Of a DNA stretch of 63,941 bases, positions 13,484 to 27,400 are shown piece after piece. Origin of the DNA: Octopus bimaculoides (taxonomy: Eukaryota); NCBI RefSeq assembly GCF_001194135.2, contig NC_068981.1, positions 87,851,844 through 87,915,784 of the forward strand, given 5' to 3'. The notes under the pieces were generated by a model. It was not told the DNA's origin and did no database searches. It was given only the letters and a program-made list of their open reading frames with translations. The position numbers and the translations under genes are program-made. Within the stretch, counting starts at the first letter, position 1; every line of letters begins with the position of its first letter.

Positions 13484-14099
13484 TTCATGGAGCATCAATG
13501 TTAAAATCATTCATTCATTCATATATATATATATGTGTATGTATGTTTTAATACATTTTAGTATGAGTCTTGCAATGAAGTGTGCAAGTAGGTATCTGTC
13601 AGGCCTCAGTTCTTGTTCCCTTCTGTTTTTAATAGTCTCCCAGGTTATAATGGAAGAGTTTAAAACTGTAGAAACTCCTAAACATTGACCTAGTTCTTAT
13701 AACTGCACCTGCAGAAGATATAAAAGAGAAATTCCAGACATGAAAGTAAACCCTGCAATCAAGAGGCCTTTAACTTAGCAAAGACTAAAGTTCTAATTAG
13801 TAGGACCTTGCTACCATCAAGGAATCAGCTGTGTTTACTGTACAGAAAAAGAGTAGATAAAAATTCCATACAATGTATCCAGTACAGGTACCACATTTTT
13901 TGTAACCTTTGGTTCCAAAACCTTTCCAGATTACTGATTTTTCTGAATAAGTGTGGTCACCTCTAAATTAAACATTAAATTTACTTAAATATATTAAATG
14001 AAATACAGGTACCTATACATTAGTATAAATGATGCAAGTCTATTACTACTGTACCGTGCAAGGAACTATAAAACAATGTAACCCAATAAACTAGTCTGG

Positions 14100-15450
14100 C
14101 AACTTCAGGAATTTGAAGTTCTTGCTTATAAATTAGTACAGATTATAAGAGGTCCCAGACCATTAGTGTCCAGAAAGTCAGTATTGTACCTGTATAAACT
14201 ATGGATGCACAAGAGATGTAGAGGAATCACAAGCCAATTAAGAGAATTAGACTTCATATGTAGTAGGTGAGCAGGAGCAGTTTGTTGTATAAGTACATGA
14301 AAAACAGATTCTTTCCAATCTCCAGAAAGCTAACCTAATTCGCAGTAGAGGTAGGTGTTCTGAAAGTGTTGTAGCCTGTGTGAGAATGGAATAGAAAAAG
14401 TTCAGTGAGCTATTATTTTTGCTAGTTACAAGGGGCCTTGCTCTCTCTCTTTCTTTCCTTCAGAGGGAAGAATTATTTGTATTAAGTGTCATGTGGCATG
14501 GTAGGAAAACATAGACCTTGAATGCAGAGAATTTATGGAGACTAGAAAGAAATGAAATGAAATGAAATTTGTAATGCTGGATTTGTAATGTTAGTGTGCA
14601 TGAATGTTGGCACACAAATGAAATGTGGGAAAACCTGGATATGAGGAATCGGATGTAGTTTGTTGGTATGGATATGTGATATGTTTGAAGGGTATCAGTT
14701 CTGTAAAAACGTGCTGAGTGCTTGAAGTAGGTATAACTGATGGAGAGGAGTCTTAGAGGACATAGCACAGAATGATGAAGGCTAACCTAAAGATACTAAA
14801 ACTTAGTAAAGTGGTGACAAAGGATCCCCATGTGTAATGAACACACAGTGTTGAAGATTTGCTCATTAGTGCAAGTATGGCAAACTGAATAATAAAATGG
14901 TGGTGACCAAAATGTATATCTCTACATCTGGGTCTCTTGCCCATTGTGTTCTTGTTAAGACTCTCCATCTCATGCCTCCTCCTCATTACCCTCTCATCCA
15001 TCACTCAGCTTCTATCCTATTCACTGAACCATGCCACCTGTGTAATGAGGGATTGCAGTTGGTCTGTGTTTTCATTTTCTCCTACCACTACCACCTTTTT
15101 GATGTCCATCACTTTCTCTCTTACTATTGCCCATATTTACTGCTATTCATCATACTCTCTTTCATTATTCATTCTCCTATCACTCATGCCTTATACATCA
15201 CATTTCCTCCTTTTATTCTTACTTCTGTTACTCCTTAATCCATGAACCTACCTCTATTCTCTCATCTTCTTACCCCATCACACCACTCTTGTCTTTCCAT
15301 TTAATCCCTGTACCAGCAACTATCTCCCATTCCCGCCTCCTTTACTATTGTGTTTCTCCAATCATATTCTCTCTTGTTTCACCTTCTTGTCCTGATTCTT
15401 CATCTATTATCATTCTCTTATTCACCCTTTTGAGCAGATGGGAGTTGATA
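14100..15450. mobile_element. Decayed RTE-like LINE relics (plus-strand piece about 14100-14800, opposite-strand piece about 14900-15450)
   Basis: Plus strand reads MWHGRKT*TLNAENLWRLERNE...WICNVSVH, resembling the RTE C-terminal region; the minus piece is weaker. Confidence 0.5.
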
Positions 15451-16429
15451 TAGTAGTGATAACTCTTTGGTCTTCAAAGTGACATGGTAACTCCTTTGAT
15501 GCTTGTGCCATAATAAAATACACCAAGTACACACTGGTGTGAGAAGGGTATCCTGACATAGAAACCATGCCAAAAAATGGAGTGTCAATGAGACACGGTC
15601 TTTGATATAGCTAAGAGAGCAGTAACTCCAAATAAAAACTGACTTGTATTATGACAACCTTCTAATTTGTACCAACATGAAAAGCAGACATAAAATGATG
15701 ATAATTATAGGGAATTTATAATAATTTCTTAAGAATCAATTTTCTTTTATTTTGCTGAATTTGACATGCATAGGAGGGGAAAGGAATGAGATAAGCAAAA
15801 TGTTGTTATACAATCTTCAAAAAGATTTGAAATCTTACAAGAATAAGAGAAAATATTTTTTAAATGATTAAACACGGTTTTTAAATATTTTGAATAGAAG
15901 AAAAATACAGGCATTTTGGAGGCTAGCTTAGATTTGGCTAAACGAGATATTTACATGCAAAACATCAGTTTTGTTCTATTTTCATAGAATTGCTTCACAA
16001 GAAGTAGCAAAAGGGGTTAGATGTTTTTATATATTTATTAAAATGAAAGGTGTGTAGACAAGGATTAACAAGGGTTGATACATGTATAGGTAGCATAAGA
16101 AAAAGAAAATATTGGTGCTACATAAATGCCAAAATAAGCTAAGAACAAAAGAATATATGGTAAAATTGGCCTCTCAGAAGCACTGGGTAGATGCAATAAA
16201 TTATAATTAATATGAACCTAAGTAGCTTTTATTAATATATCATTTTCAAAAGTTATAAATATTTGAGAAAATCTTTTATCTAAGCCAATTCTATAATTTG
16301 TTAGTTTCTATAAGGGTTGTCCCAAATGTTATGTAAAAGTTGGCATAACCTTTTTTTATAAACTGGCATAATTCATTCAGATTGTATGTGTTGGTAGAGT
16401 AATTCTTCTGTACAAAAGTACTACTCAAT

Positions 16430-17260
16430 ATAATCTTCATGCATTTGTGCCATTGTTGAATTCATCTCTCAAATCCTCTTTGAAAAAGTTCAGGTGTGAA
16501 CTGTTGTATGAACTTCTTCACAGCCATTTTCACCTTGTCTGTTTTATCAGATCATTTGTACCTAAATACTTCTTCACTAGACTTTACAGGTGGGAGTTGG
16601 ATGAGACCAGATCCTGGCTATACAACCTGAATGGGAGTTTACTAACTAGCCCAATTTGCTGATTGCTTGATTTGTTACTAAAGATGTGTCATGCATTATC
16701 ATTGTGAATGTGCATCCCTATTGCTTTCCTTACCTTTTTGAGTTTTTCCCATGTACTGCTTGCTGTTCATAGTACAGTTACATTCCAGAAAATCTGGGAG
16801 AATGACATCTTTGTAATCCAAAAATGCAATCACCAGGACTTGCTGTGCTGATCCTGAATTTCTAGGGCCTTAGAAAAGAGGTATAACACCATTCCATCAA
16901 TTGAGCCTTCATTTTAAGATAGTAAAGGTATGGCTTCATGTCATCCTTTGTTACTAGATTGGTAAAAACATATCTTCATTGGCTTCCAGTGGTTCCAACA
17001 GATCAGAGCAAGCTTCCTTCCATCTCTCTTTCAAATCGAATGTCAACTGCCAAGGTACCTATTTTGTGTACACTTTCCAATACCCCAAATCATCCACCAT
17101 TTTTGTTATGCATTGTCCCTTCAGTCCAGTTGTATAGCAACTTCATGGATTGTGATTTGTTTGTCCATTTGAATCAATTTATATATTTGTTGGTGATTTG
17201 TGTCAGTGGTTGCAGTTGATGGTTTCTCACTGTGTGGTTTGTCTTCTGTACTAGTTCCCC
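16430..17260 (-). mobile_element. Mariner (Tc1/mariner) transposase relic
   Basis: Minus strand gives decayed LVT.DD (IVTGDE-like), QLMEW, VIAFLDYKDVI, DNA and YSQDLVSS (YSPDLAPS-like). Confidence 0.78.
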
Positions 17261-18299
17261 TTTCTTTAAATTTCATCCATTGTCTATTGATTTAGAGGAA
17301 AATTTTGTAAATTATCTTGGACCTAGTAAAAAAAAAAAAATGATTCCACACACATATATGGAGTATATCTTACCCAATTCCTTCATTTTTTATGGATTAT
17401 TTCTTAGTTTTCTTAAAAATAAATATTTTCAGATTTGTTTTGATCCTTAGTCTGTAGATTGCAGATTATATTATATACTCGCTTGAAGCTCTATGATTCT
17501 CTTGGATTATACATTTTCAAATATATTAGATTTACTCTGTTAATTATTTAGCATTCAAATTATTCTGTTAAATGTGATGCTTATCTATTCACATTGTTTT
17601 GAATTAATCATCCATTTCATCATAGCTTTGCAATTTTATTGACATGATTGTTTGTTTTAGAATGACATTGTAGGTAGGTGTGAGAGGCCAGATCTAGCTA
17701 GTATGATAAAAACCGGTAAAATATTTTGGCCTGATATGGCCAGTTTAAATGTGCTAAACACATTTTCTTTAAGTACACAGTTAAGGCTAGTGATAGATAT
17801 TGAAATTGTAACCTTTTAGTTTATGGTACAACACTTTGTCTCTTACTCAAAATATGGTTTAAATGCATTAAAAATATCCAATATTGACCCAGGGTCATAC
17901 ATTTTGGATTAGAGATGTAGTCAGTTTTTAATGACCTTAGTAGTTGTCTGGTACTTAGTTATCTTAGGAGGACAAAAGCAAAGTTATCTCAATTGATGGA
18001 ATTTAAATTCAGAATGAAGAGAGGAAACTAAATACTATGAGATATTCAGATAACTAATATCCTTTCTTTTATTTCAGTGTTAATCTAAATAATTGTTATG
18101 AAGTTTTAAAGTTAGGTAATCTTTATTGATTTAGTGTTTTTACAAGTAAAAATACACAAAATTATTGAGAAAATATTTGAAAGTATTCTTTGAAATCATG
18201 TATGCTAATTGGAAAAGAATTTAACATCAATAAATATTATTTTCACCAAAGATAATTATAAGAAGCAAATTCTTACATATTTTTTTGTTTACTTTATAG

Positions 18300-18420
18300 G
18301 GCTATCAAGGCTTATCAGCAAGTTTTATACATCGAACCAGCATTTAGTCGAGCAAATGAAGTGCATCTGCGGCTGGGGTTGATGCACAAAATTTTGACTA
18401 ATTATGAAACTAGTCATAAG
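18300..18420 (+). CDS. KDM6A: KDM6A exon, TPR ([40 protein letters not shown]), 121 nt
   Basis: tatag acceptor, gtaatt donor; similar to human [30 protein letters not shown]. Confidence 0.93.
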
Positions 18421-21400
18421 GTAATTATTGTATGTTTTGTAAACCATTTTTTTTTGTTTTTGTTCCTTATCAGATGACTATATAACACGTTTTTTTTTGT
18501 CTTTGGTCAGTGAGTGTTATTTCCTATTTGCTTCTGTCTATAAGCCAAAAGAAATGACTACTATTCCTTTGCTTTTGTGACCTGGGCATCAGTGTTTTGA
18601 AACTGGCCTATTTTCCATTACATTTCAGACAAGTTCAGCACTGAGTTACTAAAGCAGAAATATCATTATATCAAATATTCTACTCAAAATGACAAATTTG
18701 CTTGTCAGTTTGCTTGACCATAACCACTTGGGTATGTCCCTTAGTGGCTGATAATATGTACATCTCTGAGCAGGAGTAGCTGGGGAGCAGCATAGCTGTG
18801 TGTTGAGAAGGATTCTTTGGTGTTTGAATAAATGTAACAAAAGCAAAGTTTGAAGGAAATATTAGCCATTTTTCATACTTTCTAGGGGTAAGCAAATAGG
18901 AAATAGCAGTTACTACCCACAGACAAAAATCATGTTTCACAGAGTGATTTATGCTCACTTGTTGATATGTATGTGTATATGGTTTCTTGGTTTTGAGGAG
19001 CTTGCTGAAGACGAAGATGTTTAGATCAGCATAATTACAGTTTTTATCCTTCCCTTTAACTACTAATATGCTGTTCCAAAGAACTTGTTCCAATTATTAC
19101 ATATTGTACAGTCTTTGCTCTCAAAATGTAGTGTGATACCTTGCTCCAGATAACTTTACAGAAGAAAACTGGAACCTAGCAAGGAAATCTAGATATTTTT
19201 TCATGTATTTTATTACTATTTTACCTAATCAATTGACTTGGCAGTTACCTTGTTGCCCATTCTTTTGCAATATTAAAAAGATGCATCTCTTTTGGACATT
19301 CCAACCAATTAACTTTGTTATATTCAAAGATCTATCATCTATCTGGTCCACTGTTCATACAGCATTTCTTCTAATCATACGTTTTTCACTTGCAAGAATG
19401 TTTTTAACAGCTTACAGTCCTTCTTAATAAGCCAATATGGTAAATAAAACTGGAACAGTATTCATCATTATCACTGCGTCATCATTTTACATCTGCTTTT
19501 TCATACTGGCATGGGATGAACAGGTTCAATTTTGAGACAGCATTTTATGACCAGATGCCTTAACTGTTGTCAATCTGTTAGTTGTCTGTTACAGTATGCA
19601 GGAAGATGGTGCATCTATTCATCTTTGAGTGGAAAAAATTCTTTCACCTCTTACATGTTTGTTCATTCTTTAGTTAATATCATCTTGTAGAAAGCCCCCA
19701 ACTTCTATGTGGTTAAAAGTTTATTCTGAGGATTGGCTAGTTCCCCCCCTCTTTTCCAGAATTAATATTTTTCATGAGATGTTCTGGTGTCTTGTTTTAC
19801 TAGAAGATACACTATGTTTCAATTCAAACCAAATATCTCCTTCACCTAACCATTCTACACATTAGTATTTTTTTATTAAATAACCTCATATAAAGTTTTC
19901 TTGTTTATTTAAAAGAAAGATCACTTTGTCTAAAACGAAAATTGTGTTATTACTATTAAAACAATCTTCAGCTAGTGATAGTGTAATTTAAAGTATTTTA
20001 AAACCATTAAAATACTTCATCCTTTTCATGAGATGAACATTTAGGAAGTATTTCATAATAGTTTCTATAAGAAATTAACTTACTTTTCCTTAGCCAAATG
20101 GTTATTTTTATGGCTTATTGATATGTGTGAAACATAATTTTAAACATAGGAAAAGTATATCCTATGCATTATCAATTAAACAACTTTTTCTTTTTTTTTA
20201 ATATAAAATTTAATATTTAGAAAGAAAGAAAAACTAATTTATTTTAAATGTTACACAATATTAACTCATTAGAAGATAAAATTTATCTGAGATGGTTCTT
20301 GGTCCTATTTCCAACTTATTGAAAACCCACTCATAAAAGTGTATTCATAAAAAATTTTCTCTAAAATCATGTTATAGATTTCACAATAGTTTTAGGTGAA
20401 AACCTTTTAACTTATTTGCCAAATACCAGCTTAATATACAACTAAGAGGTATCTTATCAAATCCATCCAATCCTAATTTTTAAAATCTTGTTAGAAATAT
20501 GATCTATAAAAGTATGAAATTCAAGTAAAACAATGCTATTATTAACAGCTATGGATTGTTCTTTGTAAAATAGTATATAACATTTTACTCATTTCGTTAT
20601 TGGTATGTTATTTCAGTTTCTACTAGACACAGGGTATAATTATAGTTTTTTATTTATTTATTTATTTATTTTTTTACATCTTAATTGTATTTGAATTAGA
20701 TGTAGTTCTACTCAGTTGTAAATCGCTCAAACCCATTTGGATGTTTCTTTTACAAAATCTTAAATTAATAAGTTTCATCCTGTTCGACTTGCCATTCCCA
20801 TCTACTTGAAACATTTCTTTGATATCAATTCTGTAATCAGTTACATACTTAATGACATAAGATTTTATCATTGGGCAGCATTTATAGGAAAAATGATTTG
20901 CTTTGCAAAGCTTTCTGAAAAATGACATATGAAGAAAATGGTGGGGAGGGATACACAGCCACATGTAAAGTTGATTTTTTTTTAGGAATTGTTTATCATT
21001 AATGTCATCCCTAGCAAGAATAAATTAAAGAGACATTTTAATGAAATAAAATTTAAAATATTCATGATTAATTAGTATGTTTTAATTATTAATATACACT
21101 GAACATTAATAATATACATTGTTATTTAAATAAAATGCAATGATTTTTAATGTATATATTACATAGATCTTTTGTTAACTTTGTTAAAACCCAAACTTTT
21201 TTTTTTTATATACTAGGAAATTAGTTTGTAAAAAAATGGAAGGAGAATATGAAGATTTTATCAAAATATTTCTTGTTTGATATACATTTCTATATGCTTT
21301 CTAATTATAAATGTAGAGCGACTATTCAAAATTTACTTGTTTCTGAGCAAGGTATTTAACTCAGTCTGCTTGACTTCAAAACACAAGCTCCATTTATATT

Positions 21401-24400
21401 TCACAGTTGAGTAGTTTGCAGCAGGAATAGTACTCTGTTGTAAAATAAAATGGTCCTCCAAAAGCCATTGCACCTATGAAATGAAGATAAAACAAGAGAA
21501 AAAACAAGAGAAAAATCTAAGATTATCTTAATATATAAATCTGAAGTTGTGTGTTTGTGTGAAGCCTTTTTGAATGTTTATAGAAATCCACATTTTCCAC
21601 TTTTTCGTAAATTCTTTTTACATCAATGGAATTTTCTCGATGTGAACTTTCCAGTGCAGTAATTAGATTTTTAAAATTCCATTTACTTTGTGTGATCTAA
21701 GGGAGATTTGGCTGTTGTTTCTAGCAACTTTTATATTTCATCTCTGCTACCTGGAACGCCATTCTTACACACGCGCTCAACATAAAAATATAGAGAGTAA
21801 GAGTAAAAGAGGGAGAGGGAGAGAGAGAGAAAGTGATACATACNNNNNNNNNNNNNNNNNNNNNNNNNNNNNNNNNNNNNNNNNNNNNNNNNNNNNNNNN
21901 NNNNNNNNNNNNNNNNNNNNNNNNNNNNNNNNNNNNNNNNNNNNNNNNNNNNNNNNNNNNNNNNNNNNNNNNNNNNNNNNNNNNNNNNNNNNNNNNNNNN
22001 NNNNNNNNNNNNNNNNNNNNNNNNNNNNNNNNNNNNNNNNNNNNNNNNNNNNNNNNNNNNNNNNNNNNNNNNNNNNNNNNNNNNNNNNNNNNNNNNNNNN
22101 NNNNNNNNNNNNNNNNNNNNNNNNNNNNNNNNNNNACCTTGATGTATGTACATTTCAAGCATGTAGGAATTTTGAAGGAAACAACTGCAGGTTATTTTTG
22201 AGAAGTGTTCCCCACTCGGTGGTGTTTCGGAGCAAGTCGTCCATATTTGTTTCATTTTTCTCTATTATGTGCTTATGTGCATCCCCCTCTCTACCTCTTC
22301 CTCTCTCGCTCTCTCAAAAGCATACACGTGCAAGTACACAATCATTCAGTAAAATATAACTCATGTTCGTCAATGTTTTGTAAATTTACCACGATTTTCA
22401 CTAGGGTGTTAAGGGTTAGGGTTTTAGGGTCAGGGTTAGGGTTTAGGATTAATGTTATGGTTACGTTTTTTAGGGTCAGGGTTAGGGTTAGGTTTAGGGT
22501 TAGTGTCAGGATTAGGTTTAGGATTAGGGTTGGGTAATCGTGCCGGTGTTAACCTGAAAAATTACAGATATATGAAAAGTACTGACCCTGCCATCTATTA
22601 TAACTTTTGTTGTTCTGTTTAATATATACATAGATTATGCCTCCAAAGAAGAGAGTTTGCTGGGGAAAGACAGCAACTGGTTTAAAATGACAGCCACAGA
22701 CTGCAGCAATTCACCACATTCCAGTAGCTACTTTGAACATAATGCAAAATGGTGCATCAACACCTTCTGTCCAGTCTGATAGAATTCTGGCAAAACTGTT
22801 TAGCAACAGATCGCCAGCAATTGCTTCATCACAAATTGCCATCCTAGCTCCTGTGAAAAGGGATTACCCTGCTATGTATAATCAGGGCAGCGCAAAAAGT
22901 TGTTTTGCACAAGCATTTCTATAGCTAATTACACGAATGAAATTTACGTATGCTTAATAATTTTACGCAAAACACCCTTCAGACTTTCCCTATTAATTTT
23001 ATCGTCTTTTGAATTATGAACATATTTACATCATAAGGGTTTTTTCATTGTAAGGCTTTCTTTTTTAGTTGATTTTCAGCTAGCAAGACTTATCGTAGAT
23101 GGCATAATAAGTCACACCCGGACAAGGTCGGGTTATACTGCTAGTCTTCTATAAAGAGAGTTAAATATTCAGACCCAGTAAAAACTTAAAATAATTTGAT
23201 CTGATAAATGTCACATATTAGGTTAGAAAGAATGACTTGTTGCATTTCAATATGAGAAAGAAACAAATGTTTCTCTCGGTCTTAATTGATGTATTTAATC
23301 AAGGTATTATTTCTCCTCATTATTGAAAACATAATCTCATCTATTTGGCAAATTTTCGATCCTTTGGGTGTATAATTCAGATTCGGAAGCAAAGAAACAA
23401 TTAATAAACTGTTTTCATTCTAAACAATGTTGCAATGATCTGAAAAGAAGAGAGTGAAATGGAGCAAACTTAGGAGAGTAAAAGACTGTGATGTAAAACT
23501 TCCATATTTATCAGCATCATCTTTTTTGAGTGACTTGGGTAATGCATCTTGCATTATCATGTAGAAGCAACAACCCTTCATAGTTGACCAATGATTAGTA
23601 CGTTTTATGTAAATTTTTGTGAAATGTTTCCAATTGACAACAGTACTTTTCTGCAAAAATTCTTGTTTTGGTTTGCTACTTCATGAGAGACAACACCCTT
23701 CATATCCCACCAGACACAGAGCATGACTTTTTCCAGATTAGTCCTGGTTTGAGGATGGCTTCTCTTTCATTGGATGTTTAAAAATTGTCATTTTATTGGA
23801 TATGATTATAGAAGACCCATTTTTCATCACTTGCAATGATTCTACTCGGGAAATATTCTGAAGCAAATCTTCTCTTCAGTGACAAGCAGAGAGCAACCCT
23901 TTTATTAAGCTAAAAATCAGTCACATGATGAGGGACCCACTGCATAAGTTTTGACACTTTTCATTGTTTATAAAGGTGTTCTATGATTAAAATGTATCTT
24001 GAATTGAACCGTTTTGCTAATTCTCATGCAGTTTACTTCTTGTTTTCTTCAAACACAGTTTTCAGAAGCTCAATATTGACAGAACTTGTCTGTCCAGGTT
24101 GAGGGGGATCTGCAAGAGAAAAAAACTAGCCAAACCATTGTTGACATGTCCAGCCACTTAAAGCTTCATTTCAATAGGCAAAAAGAATGTTTCTTGCTGC
24201 TTTTATTGCTGAAGAGTCCCTTTTGAATTCATTTAGCATGCAGCATCTGATATGTCTGATCTAAACTGTTTTAAAAGGATAAAATCAATACATACTTAAG
24301 AAAGAAGAAAACATTAGTATGTAAATATTAGTGCTCATTTTACCATAAGTATTGAAAAAAGTAGCCTTGAAAAGATCATGTTGAAAATATTACAGGACTT

Positions 24401-27400
24401 TGTTTCCAACCCAACAACTTCTAGCTTGCATTAACTTTATATATCAAGGTTTGGTAGTGTCTTCCACATTCTTCCTTCTGTACTTTAACTTAACTTGCTG
24501 TCACCACATACTCCTATGCAGATGTTATTTCTTTTCAGTTCTCTTTTATTCACTTGTATACATGTGTCATTCACATATAACCTGAACACCTCAGCCAAAC
24601 ATACTCTGCCTTCATGAACAGAAACCTTGATGGTGTCTTTAATTGGAGACATGACAAGCATTGTTTTTAAACAGCACAATGACAGTATTGTGATTTATAT
24701 CATGAAAACAGTCTTGTATTTAGCATGGTTAACAAAACTAAAACCTTTAAAGTTGTTACAAATGCTGGGTTTCACAGTTTCTGATGAGTTCTCATGATGA
24801 CTTAGTATGTATAACATAGCCAAAGCTACTTTATTAAGATTAAGAATCCTATTTAAAGCAAGAAATACTTCAGCCTTTTATCAGTTTCTAATACTCAAGT
24901 AAAAGTGATATGTAAATATTGTTCATATTCATGGGATGGTCCTGCTGCTAACATTCTAGACCACATGCCAAAAAAATGACCATTCAACAGAATGGCAAAG
25001 ATTCAAAGCTAGTAGTTGCTGCTTCTATTGCTAGACCAATAGCCACTGCTCCTCTTAATTAGTTATCCCCCCCCCCAGCCATCACCACTATCTCAGTTAC
25101 CTTTCTTTCCATCTCCCCACCTCAAACTACCTCTATTCCCTATTATCTTTCTCCACCTACTGTTTCCACCAATCACCTTTCTGTGTGTTCTCTGCCCTGT
25201 ATGGTTAACACCTCACTTATCTGTTATCACTCTCAATGCTCATGCATACCTATCACAACCCTCAACCCTATGCCCCTCCTATGTTTTGCTCCATCATTTG
25301 CCACAGTCACCTCTGTCCTCCCTACTCACCCAGTTCAAACCTCTGTATCACCTCACTTATTCTCACCACCCCCAGTGTTCCTTGAGGGCATGTTCTGACA
25401 CATCTTTGCCACCACCTCTCTCTCACTATCACTCTCTTTGTCCTACTCTCTATCTCACTCTCCTTTCTTTTCCACCCAGGGCATCCATGTATCTACTCTA
25501 CGGCTAGACAACTATCCCTGTCCCTCTATACCTTTAGTCTCTCATCAACTGGCACAAAGTCACCCCTACCCAATACTACTCTCACCTTCTAGCTGAGGGA
25601 TTTTTGTCTTGCAAGGTACTTGGCAATCCTGTTGTTGTGGTGCCATGTAAAATGCACTGGTGTTGGGGCCATGTGTAAAGCACCCAGTACATTCTGTAAA
25701 GTAGTTGGCATTAATAAGGGCATCCAGCTGTAGAAACCATGCCAAAACCCAAAATAGACAATGGAGCACAGTGTGGTTGCTGGCCCTACCAGCTCCTGTC
25801 TAACTGTCCAACTGTCCAACCTATGCTAGCATGGAAAACAGATGTTAAATGATGATGATGTCCTCTCCTAGCTCGCACATATTTCCACTCTTACTATGTC
25901 CAATATTATGGACTCTGTACTAAATGCTTTTCTTGATCCTTTTTCTTTGCTCATGATTTACCCTACAGATTTTCAAGCTAAAAATCAAACTCATTAATCT
26001 TACAAATTTGATTGCAAAGGTCATGGGTAATGGCCCTCTCTTTTCATTATCTTATATCTTTAAAAAACCAAGAATAATAAAACATAATGTTTCATAACAT
26101 TTATTTTGATATGATAACTATTTTAGTTTCAAATCTCACTCAGTTTCGTTTGAATTTTTGATATTATATGCCAATCAGTAGGAGTTAGATCTAACACTTG
26201 TTTTTGACTAACCTTTAGCCTCTGAATCCAAAAATGACTCCAGTTTTCCTGTATGGCATCAACTTTTTGAGCCACAGGAGATCTTCATTTTGTCTCAAAG
26301 ACCTTTAAAATATTGCATCTAACAAATTTGTGCTTATTTTATAGAACGTTTTCAAAATTTACATACAGTGGAAAATAAAAAAAAATTGCTTGACTGTAAT
26401 ATTTGTATAACTTTATTTTGTTTATTGAAAGGATATTGTTACTATAAATCAAATTGCTTGGCCACATTCATGAAATTTACGCTTATATCTTTTCCTAGAG
26501 TGTTCGGTCTGTGGACATTTTCACTTTATGCTTCAACAATAGTCATCATATTTATGTCCTGTCTACCCTGATACTGTCTCTCCATAACCTTCAAATCAAG
26601 GTTTTCTGAGAAGTTAGCAAGACAGCTATGCAGAAACTGCAACTTGAGCATTTTGTAATTCTCCAATAGTTTCTGGGAAATTTCAGTGTAATTCTTTGCT
26701 GAAGTATTTCCAAGCAAGTTCTTCACAATGAAAACCAAACATTCTTTTTGAGTTCTGACATTATCTCAATAAAATGTTCATTTTTGACGAGCTGCCAAAT
26801 CTGGACCATCAATCACACTGGCTTTGGTTTTTTTTTTTTTTTTAGTTGACAGGCCAGGAAATGCCAAAGTGAGGTACTTGAAACAATCATCTTCAGTTGG
26901 CAACGCTTTAACGAATTGCTTCATGAGACCCAGTTTCATGTGCAGTGATGGGAATACAATTTTCTTTGTCAACAAGTGGCTCATGTAGACTGTGGGGATC
27001 ACTAGGTTTGAGGTCTGATCTTAGAGGCCTATTCTTCTATACCCTATGTTAGTCTCAAGTTTGCTGTCCAACATTTACAGAAAGCAGGGATATTTGGTGT
27101 ATCTGTGTTGCTGACCAAGAAGGAAGCATATCATTTTAAGGTCAACACAGATGATCCATTTGTGTTTATAGTATTGCAACAATTTAATTACTCTCTTTGT
27201 CTCTTTATTCTTCAGGATATGGAGACATAAAGACCTAGGTTTCCGACCCCACAACAGACTCCTTCCATGCTTCAAATCACTAGTTCACTTACCTCAAAGC
27301 CTTGTCATCTTTCCTCTGCTGCACAATTATGTGCTTATCACTCTCATATCTTGGCCACATTCATGTAATTTTATGCATCTTAGCACCAAGTCAGTCTAGG

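Noticed and set aside
17652-17680. ttttag-AATGACATTGTAG-gtaggt, resembling a micro-exon
   Set aside because: It is the interior of the TTAA MITE, also present in other copies, and has no UTX similarity.
21688-22359. Long ORFs in the supplied track
   Set aside because: Artefacts of the N gap.
24770-24815. CTGATGAG followed by a short stem
   Set aside because: No GAAA or cleavage triplet in the correct position.
25060-25560. C/T-rich stretch with a faint resemblance to a Penelope GIY-YIG remnant
   Set aside because: No convincing motif could be read in any frame.
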